42,267 bases of DNA, from assembly GCA_050015075.1 (NCBI GenBank), contig JBEKCB010000037.1:1-42267 (forward strand). The letters are read 5' to 3'. The position numbers were made by a program, and so were the translations under genes. The stretch comes from Candidatus Brocadiia bacterium (lineage in GTDB: Bacteria; Planctomycetota; Brocadiia; CAIUPP01). The first letter of the stretch is position 1. The number at the start of each line of letters is the position of its first letter. Positions 1-8,998 of this stretch are shown here, piece by piece. The notes under the pieces are model-generated. The model searched no databases and was not told where the DNA came from. It saw only the letters and a program-made list of their open reading frames with translations.

Positions 1-123
1 CGCTTCCTCAATGAAAGACGGGCCGGCAAACCTTGCTCGGAGTTCAAGGCCGCTCTCACGGCCGCTTGAGTGGAAAGAGGATATGCCCTTCACTCCAATT
101 TACACACAAGAGTTGACACTACC
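1..123 (+). mobile_element. Right end of a probable IS256-family insertion sequence: transposase C-terminal tail (stop at 67-69) plus terminal inverted repeat
   Basis: 97-123 reads AATTTACACACAAGAGTTGACACTACC, matching the IS256-type end pattern ATTTACAC-N-TTGACACTNCC. Frame 1 is open from base 1 to TGA at 67-69 (RFLNERRAGKPCSEFKAALTAA*). The left end and most of the transposase lie outside the window. Confidence 0.55.
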
Positions 124-157
124 AAATGGGGAGCCGGCGAGGGCCGCGCGGCGCGCT

Positions 158-616
158 TCAAAGCGGCTTCCGCGCCAGGCGTTCGAGGTGCTCGACGATC
201 AGGCCGGCGAGGTCGTCGAGTTGCTCGTTGAAGCTGAAGTGGCAGAGGATCTCGCTGGCGCCGGCGGCGAGCATCAGGTTCAGGCCCTTGACCTGCGACT
301 GGCGGTAGTCGGTGCGGACGCCCAGGACCGGCTTGCCCAGGCCGCGCGCGTAGCCGGTTTCGAAGGCCACGCCGCTGTCCGCGTCGGCGCCGTCCATGAG
401 CGCCAGCACCACGTCGGCGCTGGAGAGATCCTCGATGCAGCGCTTGAAGACCGACGCCAGGTGGCGCCGGTCGTTGAACGAGGCGGTCCCGGCGCGGAAG
501 TCCTGCGGCAGCACGATCTCGCACTGCGGCAGCAGCGCCTTGAGCTTCTCGGCCAGGCGGCGGTTATATTGACGCTCCATCTGGCTGAACAGCGGCGCGG
601 CGAGATAGATCTTCAT
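158..616 (-). CDS. Nucleoside 2-deoxyribosyltransferase / 2'-deoxynucleoside 5'-phosphate N-hydrolase family protein
   Basis: N-terminal KIYLAAPLFS and DVVLALMDGADADSGVAFETGYARGLGKPV motifs, plus C-terminal NLML. Confidence 0.88.
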   Translation of the reverse strand: MKIYLAAPLFSQMERQYNRRLAEKLKALLPQCEIVLPQDFRAGTASFNDRRHLASVFKRCIEDLSSADVVLALMDGADADSGVAFETGYARGLGKPVLGVRTDYRQSQVKGLNLMLAAGASEILCHFSFNEQLDDLAGLIVEHLERLARKPL

Positions 617-625
617 CCGCGGCGG

Positions 626-1609
626 TCACCCCTTGTAAAGACGGCGCTTCAGGCTTTGAGAATAATCCGTCCAGCCGGCGTCCGCGTTCTTGTCCTCCGC
701 GATGGTCTCGGAGATGTCCTTGAGCTTGGCGTCGAGGTTGTCCAGGTAGTGCAGCGCCACCGCCTCGGCGACCATCGGCAGCTTGGGCGAGCCGAACTCG
801 AGTTCGCCGTGATGGCTCAGGATCAGGTGCCGCAGCAGGTTGAGCTTCTCCTCGGGCAGGTTCGGGAGCGCGCGGACGCGGTCCTCGAGCATGAGGACGC
901 CGATGGTGATGTGGCCGACCAGGTTGCCGGCGTCGGTGTAGCGGAACGTGCGCTTGCAGGAAAGTTCGCGCGTCTTGCCGATGTCGTGGAGGAAGACGCT
1001 GGCGAGCAGCAGGTCGCGCCGGAGCGTGGGATAATGCTCGAGGACCTTGACCGCCATCTCGGCCATCGAGAGCGTGTGCTCGAGCAGTCCGCCGAGGTAG
1101 GCGTGGTGGTTCTGCACCGCCGCCGGCGCGGTGCGGAAGGCGGCGCAGAAATCCTTGTCGGAGAGGAACGCGTCCACGACCGCCTTGTAGTCGGCGTCCT
1201 GGATCTGGGCGAGGATCGCCGCCAACTCGCGCATCATCTCGGCCGGGTCGCGCGTGCTCTGCGGGAGGAAATCGCCGAGGTGCAGCCCTTCGGTCTCGGC
1301 GCGCGTGATCGAGCGCGCGTTGACCTGGAGCTGGTTCTGGTAGCTCTCGACTTTGCCCTTGACGTGGATGAAGCTGTCCACGGCAATCGTCGCGGCGAAG
1401 GCCTCGGTGGCGTCCCAAAGGCGGCCGACGATCTGCCCGGAGCGGTCCTGCAACGTGAGGTTCAGGTAGCTGCCGCCGGCGCGCGTGGAGCGCAGCGAGC
1501 ACTCGGCGACGAGGAACACCGCGTCCACCGGCTCTCCGGCGCGCAGCGCGCCGACCATCTGCTTGCCCATGAGCTTCTGCCTGTCCTCGCTCGAAAAAAG
1601 TTTCGCCAT
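626..1609 (-). CDS. yhaM: 3'-5' exoribonuclease YhaM/Cbf1 family (OB fold plus HD domain)
   Basis: YLNLTLQDRSGQI (OB fold); APAAVQNHHAYLGGLLEHT, LHDIGK, GHI, ILSHHGELEFGSP, LDNLDAK (HD domain). Confidence 0.9.
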   Translation of the reverse strand: MAKLFSSEDRQKLMGKQMVGALRAGEPVDAVFLVAECSLRSTRAGGSYLNLTLQDRSGQIVGRLWDATEAFAATIAVDSFIHVKGKVESYQNQLQVNARSITRAETEGLHLGDFLPQSTRDPAEMMRELAAILAQIQDADYKAVVDAFLSDKDFCAAFRTAPAAVQNHHAYLGGLLEHTLSMAEMAVKVLEHYPTLRRDLLLASVFLHDIGKTRELSCKRTFRYTDAGNLVGHITIGVLMLEDRVRALPNLPEEKLNLLRHLILSHHGELEFGSPKLPMVAEAVALHYLDNLDAKLKDISETIAEDKNADAGWTDYSQSLKRRLYKG

Positions 1610-1634
1610 CTTCTCCGCCGCGCGGCGTTGCCGC

Positions 1635-1916
1635 TCAGTCGTTATCGGGGTGGTCTTCGCCGAACTGTTCCCTCAGCCGCTCAAACCGGCTGGCGTAGAT
1701 CATCTCGAACAGCTCGTCGCGTCCGGGGAAAAGCTCCTCGCACAGCTCGCGCAGCTTTTCCACCTGGATCACAATATCAATTTGCGGCAGGTCTGTCGAG
1801 AGGATGAGGACGGCGATCCGGTCCGCCTCGCGCTGGAGGAGCGTCATCTCCTGCCGCGCGCCAGGCGTTCGTTCATTCGGCAATCGGCAATCGGCATTCG
1901 GCAATCTGTTTGTCAT
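1635..1916 (-). CDS. Small hypothetical protein (alternative start ATG at 1847)
   Basis: ATGA overlap with the mazF stop. The first ~14 aa (NRLPNADCRLPN) derive from a heptamer repeat; the helical C-terminal 70 aa look protein-like. Confidence 0.6.
   Translation of the reverse strand: MTNRLPNADCRLPNERTPGARQEMTLLQREADRIAVLILSTDLPQIDIVIQVEKLRELCEELFPGRDELFEMIYASRFERLREQFGEDHPDND
1874..1907. repeat. Heptamer tandem repeat (TCGGCAA/TCGGCAT)n
   Basis: attcggcaatcggcaatcggcattcggcaatc; a related reverse-complement array lies at 41251-41284. Confidence 0.8.
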
Positions 1917-2242
1917 TCCGCAAACATCTCAGCCAAGACCGCCAGAACCAGCTTCTGCGTGGCGGCGCCCATTCGGCCCAGGTGCTTCACGAGGCGCGCT
2001 TTGTCAATCGTCCGAATCTGATCGAGAACGATCTGGCCGTCCTTGCCGGCAAAACTGCACGCGACTCGCGTGGGATAGTCGCGCCCTCGGGTCGTCATGG
2101 GCGCCACGATGACCGTGGCAATGTGGCGGTTCATCTCGTCGGGCGAGATCACCAGGCACGGACGGGTCTTCCTGACCTCGCTGCCGACGGTCGGGTCGAG
2201 GTTCACCAGGAAAACATCGAACCGGCGGGCTACCACTGCCAT
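1913..2242 (-). CDS. mazF: Type II toxin, MazF/PemK family endoribonuclease
   Basis: FDVFLVNLDPTVGSEVRKTRPCLVISPDEMN...VAPMTT...IVLDQIRTIDKARL. Confidence 0.95.
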   Translation of the reverse strand: MAVVARRFDVFLVNLDPTVGSEVRKTRPCLVISPDEMNRHIATVIVAPMTTRGRDYPTRVACSFAGKDGQIVLDQIRTIDKARLVKHLGRMGAATQKLVLAVLAEMFAE

Positions 2243-2496
2243 TCGCTTTTATCCCACCGGCTGGTGGATTCCAGCACCAGCCGATCGTCCTGCTGGGCGG
2301 CCATCGCGGCAAAGCGCCTGGACCAGCCTTCCCGCGTTCGACGCGCCGCGCGGATAACCAGCCGGTCCGATTGAACGGCCATCTCGACTTCCGGCCCGAT
2401 GTCCAATTGGTCCAGGACAACCTTGGGGATGCGAATTCCCCGCGAGTTTCCGACTCGGACTATGCGCGCTCTCAGCAGGGTAGCCATTGGCCTCAT
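2230..2496 (-). CDS. mazE: Antitoxin, MazE/AbrB family
   Basis: RVGNSRGIRIPK AbrB motif, C-terminal WDKSEWQW, and overlap with the toxin start. Confidence 0.92.
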   Translation of the reverse strand: MRPMATLLRARIVRVGNSRGIRIPKVVLDQLDIGPEVEMAVQSDRLVIRAARRTREGWSRRFAAMAAQQDDRLVLESTSRWDKSEWQW

Positions 2497-2508
2497 CCTC
2501 GCCTCTAG

Positions 2509-2545
2509 GTAATTACATTGTATATACTCGCGGTCTTCCGGTCAA
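2509..2545 (-). promoter_or_regulatory. sigma70 promoter of mazEF with overlapping palindromic operators
   Basis: Minus strand TTGACC-N17-TACAAT; palindromes GTATATAC (2520-2527) and GTAATTAC (2509-2516). Confidence 0.7.
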
Positions 2546-2561
2546 GCGACATTCCGCGGCC

Positions 2562-3470
2562 TCAGAACAGCCGGGCGCTTCCTTCCGAGGGCGCGGCGAT
2601 CTCCTTCAGCACCGGATACTGCTCGGCCAACAGCTCCGGGACGCGGACTTTTTCCCCGCTGAGGGCGGACTTCAACTGGAGCGCGTTCACCACCGCCTGG
2701 CCGCGATAATGGTTGTTGTTCATCACGAAGAGCTTCTGCACCTCCTTCGCCATGACGGCGATATTTTCGGCCCACGGCGCGAGTTCGTCGCCGGTGTAGA
2801 GATAGTTGTAGCGCTCGTCGCGGCCGGCGTCGCGGGCGAACCAGGCCTGCGCGTTGCGCCCGTGGAAGCGATAGTACGCGATCGGCCCGGTCGCGAAGCT
2901 GGTCGGCCCGATCGAGCTGCGGGAATGCGGCTGGTCAATGTTGCAGAAGTTCAGGCCGGCCCGGCGGAGGAACTCGCGGCTCTCCGGCGAATCCCACGAG
3001 GCGTGGCGCACCTCGAGCACGCAGGGGAATTCGCCGAACGCCTCGGACAGCCGGCTGAGCCAGTCGCGGCTCGGCTCGCCCGCGGTGAACGACCACGGGA
3101 ACTGCATCAGCAGCGCGCCGAAGCGGTTCGCCTCGCGCAGCGGCCGGATGCCGCTCTTGAACTGCTCCACCTCCGGCGCCGTCCAGGCCCGTTCGCGCTC
3201 GTGAGTGAAGCGCTGCCAGAGCTTGGCCGTGAAAAGGAAACCCGGCTTGCCCGCGACCTGCTTGACCCATCGCTCCGCCATCGCCGCCGACGGCGGGCGG
3301 TAGAAACTCGTGTTAATCTCGGCCGCGTCGAGGTAATCCGCCAGATACGCCAGCTCCGATTTCCCGCGCAGCCGCTGCGAGGGATAAACGACGCCTTTCC
3401 AATCCGGATAAGACCACCCGGCGGCGCCGATGTAGATGTTAGCCGGCATTTTTCGCGGCAATGTGGCCAT
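2562..3470 (-). CDS. DUF72 family protein
   Basis: IYIGAAGWSYPDWKGVVYP, EINTSFYRPP, LLMQFPWSF, EVRHASW, YYRFHGRN, YNYLY. Confidence 0.92.
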   Translation of the reverse strand: MATLPRKMPANIYIGAAGWSYPDWKGVVYPSQRLRGKSELAYLADYLDAAEINTSFYRPPSAAMAERWVKQVAGKPGFLFTAKLWQRFTHERERAWTAPEVEQFKSGIRPLREANRFGALLMQFPWSFTAGEPSRDWLSRLSEAFGEFPCVLEVRHASWDSPESREFLRRAGLNFCNIDQPHSRSSIGPTSFATGPIAYYRFHGRNAQAWFARDAGRDERYNYLYTGDELAPWAENIAVMAKEVQKLFVMNNNHYRGQAVVNALQLKSALSGEKVRVPELLAEQYPVLKEIAAPSEGSARLF

Positions 3471-3612
3471 GCCGGGACATTACTGTTGTCTCAGCCCCGC
3501 GTCAAGCCCAATGAGGGGCTGTCCGCATATATCGTGATAGCGGCAGTGCCTGTTGCCTATGTCAGACAGCTAGGATATAATTCATTTCAAATACACAAAC
3601 CGCGGAGGATTC

Positions 3613-5067
3613 GTGGAAGGCAGCAACAGGAAAAAGCGGGGCGCATACTATACTCCGGACCACGTAGTTCAGTCACTTGTCCGGTGGGTGACGTGGAGGC
3701 AGGCCGACCGCTTGCTGGACCCTGCATGCGGCGACGGACGCTTTCTGACACCGCATCCGAATAGTGTGGGAGTAGAACAGGATCCCGATGCAGCGAGCCT
3801 CGTGCATCAACGCGTTCCCGGTTCGCTGATTCATCAAGGGGACTTTTTCGCGTGGGCGGCGCAAACGCGGGAACGGTTCGAGTGCACCGCAGGCAATCCG
3901 CCGTTCATACGCTATCAAAATTTCGCAGGGCCGGTCCGACAGGAGGCGCTCTCATTCTGTGCCAGTCATGGCGCCCGTTTTTCTTCGCTGACTTCTTCGT
4001 GGGCGCCGTTCATAGTAGCCGCAGCAACGCTCCTTAAGCCAGGCGGCAGGATGGCATTTGTCGTTCCGGCCGAAATCGGACACGCGCCATATTCGCGCCC
4101 TTTGATCGAGTATCTAGCGGGACATTTCAAACGCGTTCACGTGGTTGCGGTGCGGGAGAAGTTGTTCGAAGACCTCTCAGAGGACTGTTGGCTGCTTTCG
4201 GCGTCAGGGTTTGGCGGCAGCACGGAGCAACTTCTGATTTCGTCCACAGGCCGTTTTGAATACGCGGCTGCGCCGCCCAAGGTCTCCGTCCGTGTAAGCA
4301 TGAGTGAATGGCGCATGTGGAACTGCCGCTTGCGGCCGTTCCTGTTGGCCGCCGACGTCCGCGAACTTTATCGCCAAGCCGTCGGTGATGTCGGCACGCA
4401 AAGACTGAGGGACGTTGCCCATGTCGGCATTGGGTATGTCACGGGAGACAATAAGTTTTTTCACATGAGTCCATCACACGCGAAAGAATGGCGAATTCCC
4501 GGAACCTTTCTTCAACCGACGATACGGAACGGCCGCATGCTGGATAGGCCAGCCATCACGCCTGACCGGGTCGAGGCGTGGCGACGCCGCGACGAGCAGA
4601 ATTTCCTGTTGAGGATACGCAGGACTGATCAACTTCCATCGCAGCTCCGCAATTACCTTGAATCCGACGCGGGCCGCAAGGCGCGGGCAACGTACAAGTG
4701 CAGGCACCGAGAGCCCTGGTACGTAGTGCCGGACGTGACTATTCCCGACGGGTTCCTCTCTTACATGAGTGGGTCGAGGCCGGCTTTGATGGCAAATCAA
4801 GCCGGATGTGCGGGTACAAACTCTGTTCATATGATTACCCTAGCCCCCTATGTGCGGATGGCAGAACTTCAAAGCGCTTGGGATCGGCCTTTGACCCGCC
4901 TCAGTTGTGAGGTCGAAGGCCATCCATTGGGCGGAGGAATGCTCAAACTTGAGCCACGTGAAGCCGGCCGTCTTGTGCTCTCACGAAAAAGATTCGACTC
5001 TACGGCGGAGATGGGCTTGATTGAAGCCGGCATACGGACTCTACAACGATGGAGGCATTGTGGCTAA
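3613..5067 (+). CDS. N6-adenine DNA methyltransferase, gamma class (type II R-M MTase)
   Basis: GAYYTP, motif I LLDPACGDGRF before motif IV GNPPFIRY, C-terminal GGGMLKLEPRE. Visibly less GC-rich than flanking genes. Confidence 0.9.
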   Translation: MEGSNRKKRGAYYTPDHVVQSLVRWVTWRQADRLLDPACGDGRFLTPHPNSVGVEQDPDAASLVHQRVPGSLIHQGDFFAWAAQTRERFECTAGNPPFIRYQNFAGPVRQEALSFCASHGARFSSLTSSWAPFIVAAATLLKPGGRMAFVVPAEIGHAPYSRPLIEYLAGHFKRVHVVAVREKLFEDLSEDCWLLSASGFGGSTEQLLISSTGRFEYAAAPPKVSVRVSMSEWRMWNCRLRPFLLAADVRELYRQAVGDVGTQRLRDVAHVGIGYVTGDNKFFHMSPSHAKEWRIPGTFLQPTIRNGRMLDRPAITPDRVEAWRRRDEQNFLLRIRRTDQLPSQLRNYLESDAGRKARATYKCRHREPWYVVPDVTIPDGFLSYMSGSRPALMANQAGCAGTNSVHMITLAPYVRMAELQSAWDRPLTRLSCEVEGHPLGGGMLKLEPREAGRLVLSRKRFDSTAEMGLIEAGIRTLQRWRHCG

Positions 5068-5908
5068 AGCGGCAAGGAAGTGCCAATGGCTCAGCCTTAG
5101 TGACGCGTTACGAGCATTCGCCCTGTGCGAAGGGGGAACTCAAAGTGCCGCTCACATCCGCCCGCTTCATTGGTATGTCGGTTGCCGTCTGGTGATTGAG
5201 GGCGGATTTCATCCTGAGGAGATTACTCCTCGTCCACCACTGCTTGTAATTCCACGGAGCGGAGGACGCTGCCTTGAATGGAACGCGTCCGCAGGCGGGA
5301 CGGGCGAACGCACCATCCTCGGCGGCCTCAAGACTAAGGCCGTTGATGTGGTCGTAACCAAGGAGGGAATCGGCCCAGTACTCGCAGTTTCTATGAAGGG
5401 CACTCTCAACGCATTTCGAAATCTGACCAATCGCATGGAAGAGGCCGTTGGAGACTGTACGAACCTTCACATCGCTTATCCTGCTTTGGTTTACGGCTTT
5501 TTTCATGTCATCAGGGCCAATCGTCAGCAGCGGGGTACTCCACCCAATGACGTGGCCCTAAACGCCGATGGCAGCGTAACAGAAGCTATCAGCCGCTACC
5601 ATGACGTGCTGGCCCGTCTGGCTGATCGCAAAGATGTGCGCGCGGACGCAACGAAGTATGAGGCGATTGCCCTGGCTTTGGTGAGTTCCGATAAAGCGTC
5701 GGCAGGCCAAGTCGTGCGGGCCTTCCCGAAAGCTGAAAGTCCTCTTCTCCTAAGGGATTTCTTCAGCAAGCTCTACCGTCAATATGACGAGCGATTTGTC
5801 TACGCCGCGCCTGCGCTGGAATCGGTCACCCGCCGGGTGGAATGGCAACTTGACTCACCTGTTGCGGCGGACGCCCGTCTCGCAGGCTATGCAGCGCGCT
5901 TGAGTTAA
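5060..5908 (+). CDS. Putative type II restriction endonuclease, XhoI/PaeR7I-like
   Basis: GTG start with GGAGG RBS overlapping the MTase stop. KAVDVVV...AVSMKG...FRNLTNRMEEAVGD resembles the NNFNNRxEEAxG motif of the XhoI/PaeR7I family. Confidence 0.65.
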   Translation: MAKAARKCQWLSLSDALRAFALCEGGTQSAAHIRPLHWYVGCRLVIEGGFHPEEITPRPPLLVIPRSGGRCLEWNASAGGTGERTILGGLKTKAVDVVVTKEGIGPVLAVSMKGTLNAFRNLTNRMEEAVGDCTNLHIAYPALVYGFFHVIRANRQQRGTPPNDVALNADGSVTEAISRYHDVLARLADRKDVRADATKYEAIALALVSSDKASAGQVVRAFPKAESPLLLRDFFSKLYRQYDERFVYAAPALESVTRRVEWQLDSPVAADARLAGYAARLS

Positions 5909-5942
5909 GCCGCGCAAATATATTCACGCTGTCCGCGAACGG

Positions 5943-6824
5943 TCATTCAAAGAAGACGGACGGGAAGGAATCGCAGGCGGCGAGCATCTCGCGGGTCGCG
6001 CGCAGTTCCTCTTCGGTGATCGGGCTGAGTTTGGAGAGGCGCTCGATCTCTGCCGCGGTGCGCAGCGGCGGCGGCTGCGCTTCGAGGAGCCGCAGCTTCT
6101 CGCTCGACGGCTCGGAGAAATTGTCCGGATCGGTCTCCATCGCCCGCCGGAACGCGCCGCAGGCGGAGTGGCGCTCGCCGAGGATCTCCCAGATCAGCCC
6201 CATCCACCAGTAAATCTGCCCGTCGTAATCGTCGTCCCCGAGCCCCTGCTCGAAGGCGGAGATCGCCTGGCGGCAGGCGCTCTGGAACGCCGCCGGGTTC
6301 TTGACCGCCACGGTCCCCTTGCGTTCGCCCGCGGCCGTGAATTTCTGCACCGCGCCCGTGTAGAGGTTGTACCCGAGCGCGAAATGGACCAGCGGATGAT
6401 CGCACCCCAGCCGCAGCGCGCGCCGCAACTCATGCACGACCTCGGTCGTGTGTCCAAGGTGGTAGTCGCACTCGGCGAGCAGCAACTGGCGGACCGTCTC
6501 CTGCTGCGGCGCGTCGCATTTCATCTGCCGCAGCGAGCGGGCCAGCCACTCCAGCAGGTCGTGCGTCTGGCGGCCCGAGCGGATGATCTTCTCAAGGTCC
6601 AGATTGCCGTCCCTCACGATGCGGCAGACGGTCTGGTGCCTTCGGCACTCGCAGCGAAGGAAAACGTGGAAGGCTTGCCGGAGCTTGGCGGAGTCTATCT
6701 CCGGGTCGCCCAGCAGCTCGTAGATGAGCCGGTAGAAGGCCCGGCAGAACGGCGGGAGCGTCGCGTACTGCTCCAGCCGCCTGAGCGTTGCGTTGATCGC
6801 GGCGTATCTGCCGGAGTCTTCCAT
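5943..6824 (-). CDS. Tetratricopeptide-repeat-like hypothetical protein
   Basis: TPR-like helices LLAECDYHLG, VHFALGYNLY, IYWWMGLIWEILGE...AFRRAMETDP. Upstream TTGACA-N17-AATAAT (6877-6849). Confidence 0.65.
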   Translation of the reverse strand: MEDSGRYAAINATLRRLEQYATLPPFCRAFYRLIYELLGDPEIDSAKLRQAFHVFLRCECRRHQTVCRIVRDGNLDLEKIIRSGRQTHDLLEWLARSLRQMKCDAPQQETVRQLLLAECDYHLGHTTEVVHELRRALRLGCDHPLVHFALGYNLYTGAVQKFTAAGERKGTVAVKNPAAFQSACRQAISAFEQGLGDDDYDGQIYWWMGLIWEILGERHSACGAFRRAMETDPDNFSEPSSEKLRLLEAQPPPLRTAAEIERLSKLSPITEEELRATREMLAACDSFPSVFFE

Positions 6825-6886
6825 GGCGTCCGTCGCCTTTCTACATTAATTATTGGTCCGTCCGGACCGCGTGTCAAGTCCGGTCC

Positions 6887-7029
6887 CACCGCGACGACAC
6901 GAACGTTCACTACGACGACATGGAGTTCCACCGCGACGACACAACGAGCACGACGAACGAAGCGCAACGAACATCAAAACGGAGGTTCCTGTAACGCCGT
7001 TCCGTCGTGCTCGTCGTGCCGTCGTGGTG
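6887..7029. repeat. Imperfect palindromic element built of (CACGACGAC)-like units
   Basis: caccgcgacgacacaacgagcacgacg (6929-6955) pairs with cgtcgtgctcgtcgtgccgtcgtggtg (7003-7029); an extra left-arm copy starts at 6887. Confidence 0.75.
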
Positions 7030-7056
7030 AAAGCGGCCGTCCGTTCTATCGCAGGT

Positions 7057-7086
7057 TTGACTTCGCAAAGGGCGCGGCTTTAGAAT
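7057..7086 (+). promoter_or_regulatory. sigma70 promoter of top6B
   Basis: TTGACT-N18-TAGAAT. Confidence 0.55.
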
Positions 7087-7151
7087 GGCCCGCAACGTCG
7101 TCTGCGGCAATCCGATATGACCACCGCGTCGTCTCGCGTGTGAGAAATCCA

Positions 7152-8930
7152 TTGAGCAAGAAGCAGGCCGCAAAACCGCGCAGCCGGGGAATTCTTTGGC
7201 CCGAGGAGCCTGCCCGCCCTCCGTCTGGCGGGAAGGAAAAGTTGCGCTCCGCTGCGAAACCCGGTCCGAAGCACAAGTCCGCACCGCCGCCGGGCCGCGC
7301 GAAATCGCCGGCCAAAGCGCCCGTTCCGCCGCCGGCTGTGCTTGCGGAGAAACCCGCCGAGGCGCCCGTCGCCCACCGCCGCACGGCCGAGCAGCTCGCC
7401 AAGCAGCAGCGCGAGATTTCGGTCAGCGAGTTCTTCACGAAGAACCGCCACCTGCTCGGGTTCGACAACCCGCGCAAGGCGCTGCTGACGGCGGTGAAGG
7501 AGGCGGTGGACAACTCGCTCGACGCCTGCGAAGAGGCCGGCATCCTGCCCGAGGTGAGCATCGCGATCGCCCCGGCGGACGGCGTCGAGGACCGCTTCCG
7601 CGTGACGATCGAGGACAACGGGCCCGGCATCATGCCCGCGCAGGTGCCGAGGATTTTCGCCAAGCTGCTCTACGGCTCGAAGTTCCACCGCATGCGCATG
7701 GCGCGCGGGCAGCAGGGCATCGGCATCAGCGCGGCCGGGATGTACGGCCAGCTCACGACGGGGAAACCGACGCGGATCATCTCGCGCGCGGCGTCGCGCC
7801 GCAAGGCGTATCGCTGCGAGCTGCTGCTCGATACGAAGAAGAACGAGCCGACCGTGGTGAAAGAGGAAGAGGTGGACTGGGACCGCCCGCACGGCACGCG
7901 CGTGGAGATCGAGCTGGAGGCGCGTTACACCCGCGGGCGCCAGTCGGTCGAGGAGTACCTGCAGCAGGTGGCCATCGCCAACCCGCACGCGACGATCGTG
8001 TTCGAGCCGCCGGAGGGCGAGCCGCTGCGCCTCGCGCGCTCCTCGAACGTGCTCCCGCCGGAGCCGCGCGAGATCAAGCCGCACCCGTACGGCATCGAGC
8101 TGGGGATGCTGATCGGCATGCTCCAGTCCACGCGCTCGCCGCACGTCTCGTCGTTCCTCCATGCCGATTTCTCGCGCGTGAGCAGCCCGGTGGCGGCGGA
8201 CATCTGCCGGCGCGCGAACGTGAACCCGAACGCGCGGCCCGCGCGCGTCGGCCGCGACGAGGCCGAGCGGCTCTACACCGCGCTGCAGGCCACGAAGCTG
8301 ATGAAGCCGCCAATGGACTGCGTGGTGCCGATCGGCGAGGAGCTGCTGCTCAAGGGCCTCAAGCGCGGCGTCGAGGCGGACTTCTATCACACCGTCACGC
8401 GGCCGCCGGCGGTTTATCGTGGCAACCCGTTCCAGGTCGAGGCCGGCCTGGCGTACGGCGGGCAGTTGCCGGCCGAGGAGGCGTGCCGGCTCATCCGGTT
8501 CGCCAACCGCGTGCCGCTGCTCTACCAGCAGTCCGCGTGCGCCGTCACCCGCGCCGCCGCGACCACGGCCTGGCGCAACTACGGCATCCAGCAATCGCAG
8601 GGGCAGCTTCCCGTCGGCCCGCTCGCCATCGTCGTGCACATCGCCAGCGTCTGGGTCCCGTTCACTTCCGAGAGCAAGGAAGCCGTCGCACACTACCCGG
8701 AGATCCTCAAGGAGATCAAGCTGGCGCTGCAGGAGTGCGGGCGGAAGCTGGGGATGTTCGTGCGCCACCGCCGGCGCGAGGCCGACGCGGAACGCAAGCG
8801 CCAGTACATCACCAAGTACATCCCGCACATCGGCATCGCGCTGCAGGAGATCCTGGGGCTGACTGAGAAGGAAGAATCGCAGGTCGTGAGCAAGCTCGAG
8901 GACATGCTGGAGAAGAGCCGGAAACTATAA
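7152..8930 (+). CDS. top6B: DNA topoisomerase VI subunit B (start uncertain; Pro/Lys-rich disordered N-terminus)
   Basis: QREISVSEFFTKNRHLLGF, KEAVDNSLDACEEAGILP, EDNGPGI, LLYGSKF, RGQQGIGIS (GHKL ATPase); YRGNPFQVE, RFANRVPL, WVPFTSESKEA (transducer). Confidence 0.93.
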   Translation: MSKKQAAKPRSRGILWPEEPARPPSGGKEKLRSAAKPGPKHKSAPPPGRAKSPAKAPVPPPAVLAEKPAEAPVAHRRTAEQLAKQQREISVSEFFTKNRHLLGFDNPRKALLTAVKEAVDNSLDACEEAGILPEVSIAIAPADGVEDRFRVTIEDNGPGIMPAQVPRIFAKLLYGSKFHRMRMARGQQGIGISAAGMYGQLTTGKPTRIISRAASRRKAYRCELLLDTKKNEPTVVKEEEVDWDRPHGTRVEIELEARYTRGRQSVEEYLQQVAIANPHATIVFEPPEGEPLRLARSSNVLPPEPREIKPHPYGIELGMLIGMLQSTRSPHVSSFLHADFSRVSSPVAADICRRANVNPNARPARVGRDEAERLYTALQATKLMKPPMDCVVPIGEELLLKGLKRGVEADFYHTVTRPPAVYRGNPFQVEAGLAYGGQLPAEEACRLIRFANRVPLLYQQSACAVTRAAATTAWRNYGIQQSQGQLPVGPLAIVVHIASVWVPFTSESKEAVAHYPEILKEIKLALQECGRKLGMFVRHRRREADAERKRQYITKYIPHIGIALQEILGLTEKEESQVVSKLEDMLEKSRKL

Positions 8931-8944
8931 CGACGGGGCGCGGC

Positions 8945-8988
8945 TTGCCCGCCGCAGCCCTGAGCGCAGCCGAATGGGCGAAGGCGGG
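8945..8988. repeat. Nested REP-like palindromes
   Basis: GCCCTGAGCGCAGCCGAATGGGC (8957-8979) sits inside TTGCCCGCCGCAGCC...GCGAAGGCGGG. The same inner repeat occurs at 24191-24236 and 41495-41541. Confidence 0.65.
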
Positions 8989-8998
8989 AGTGCGGATT

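Noticed and set aside
11-1807. 598-aa plus-strand ORF
   Set aside because: Antisense shadow of the NDT and yhaM genes, typical of high-GC DNA; no motifs.
6168-7151. N-terminal 328 aa of the 920-aa ORF as a Top6B fusion domain
   Set aside because: It overlaps the antisense TPR gene, a palindromic repeat and the top6B promoter, so it is not a real extension.
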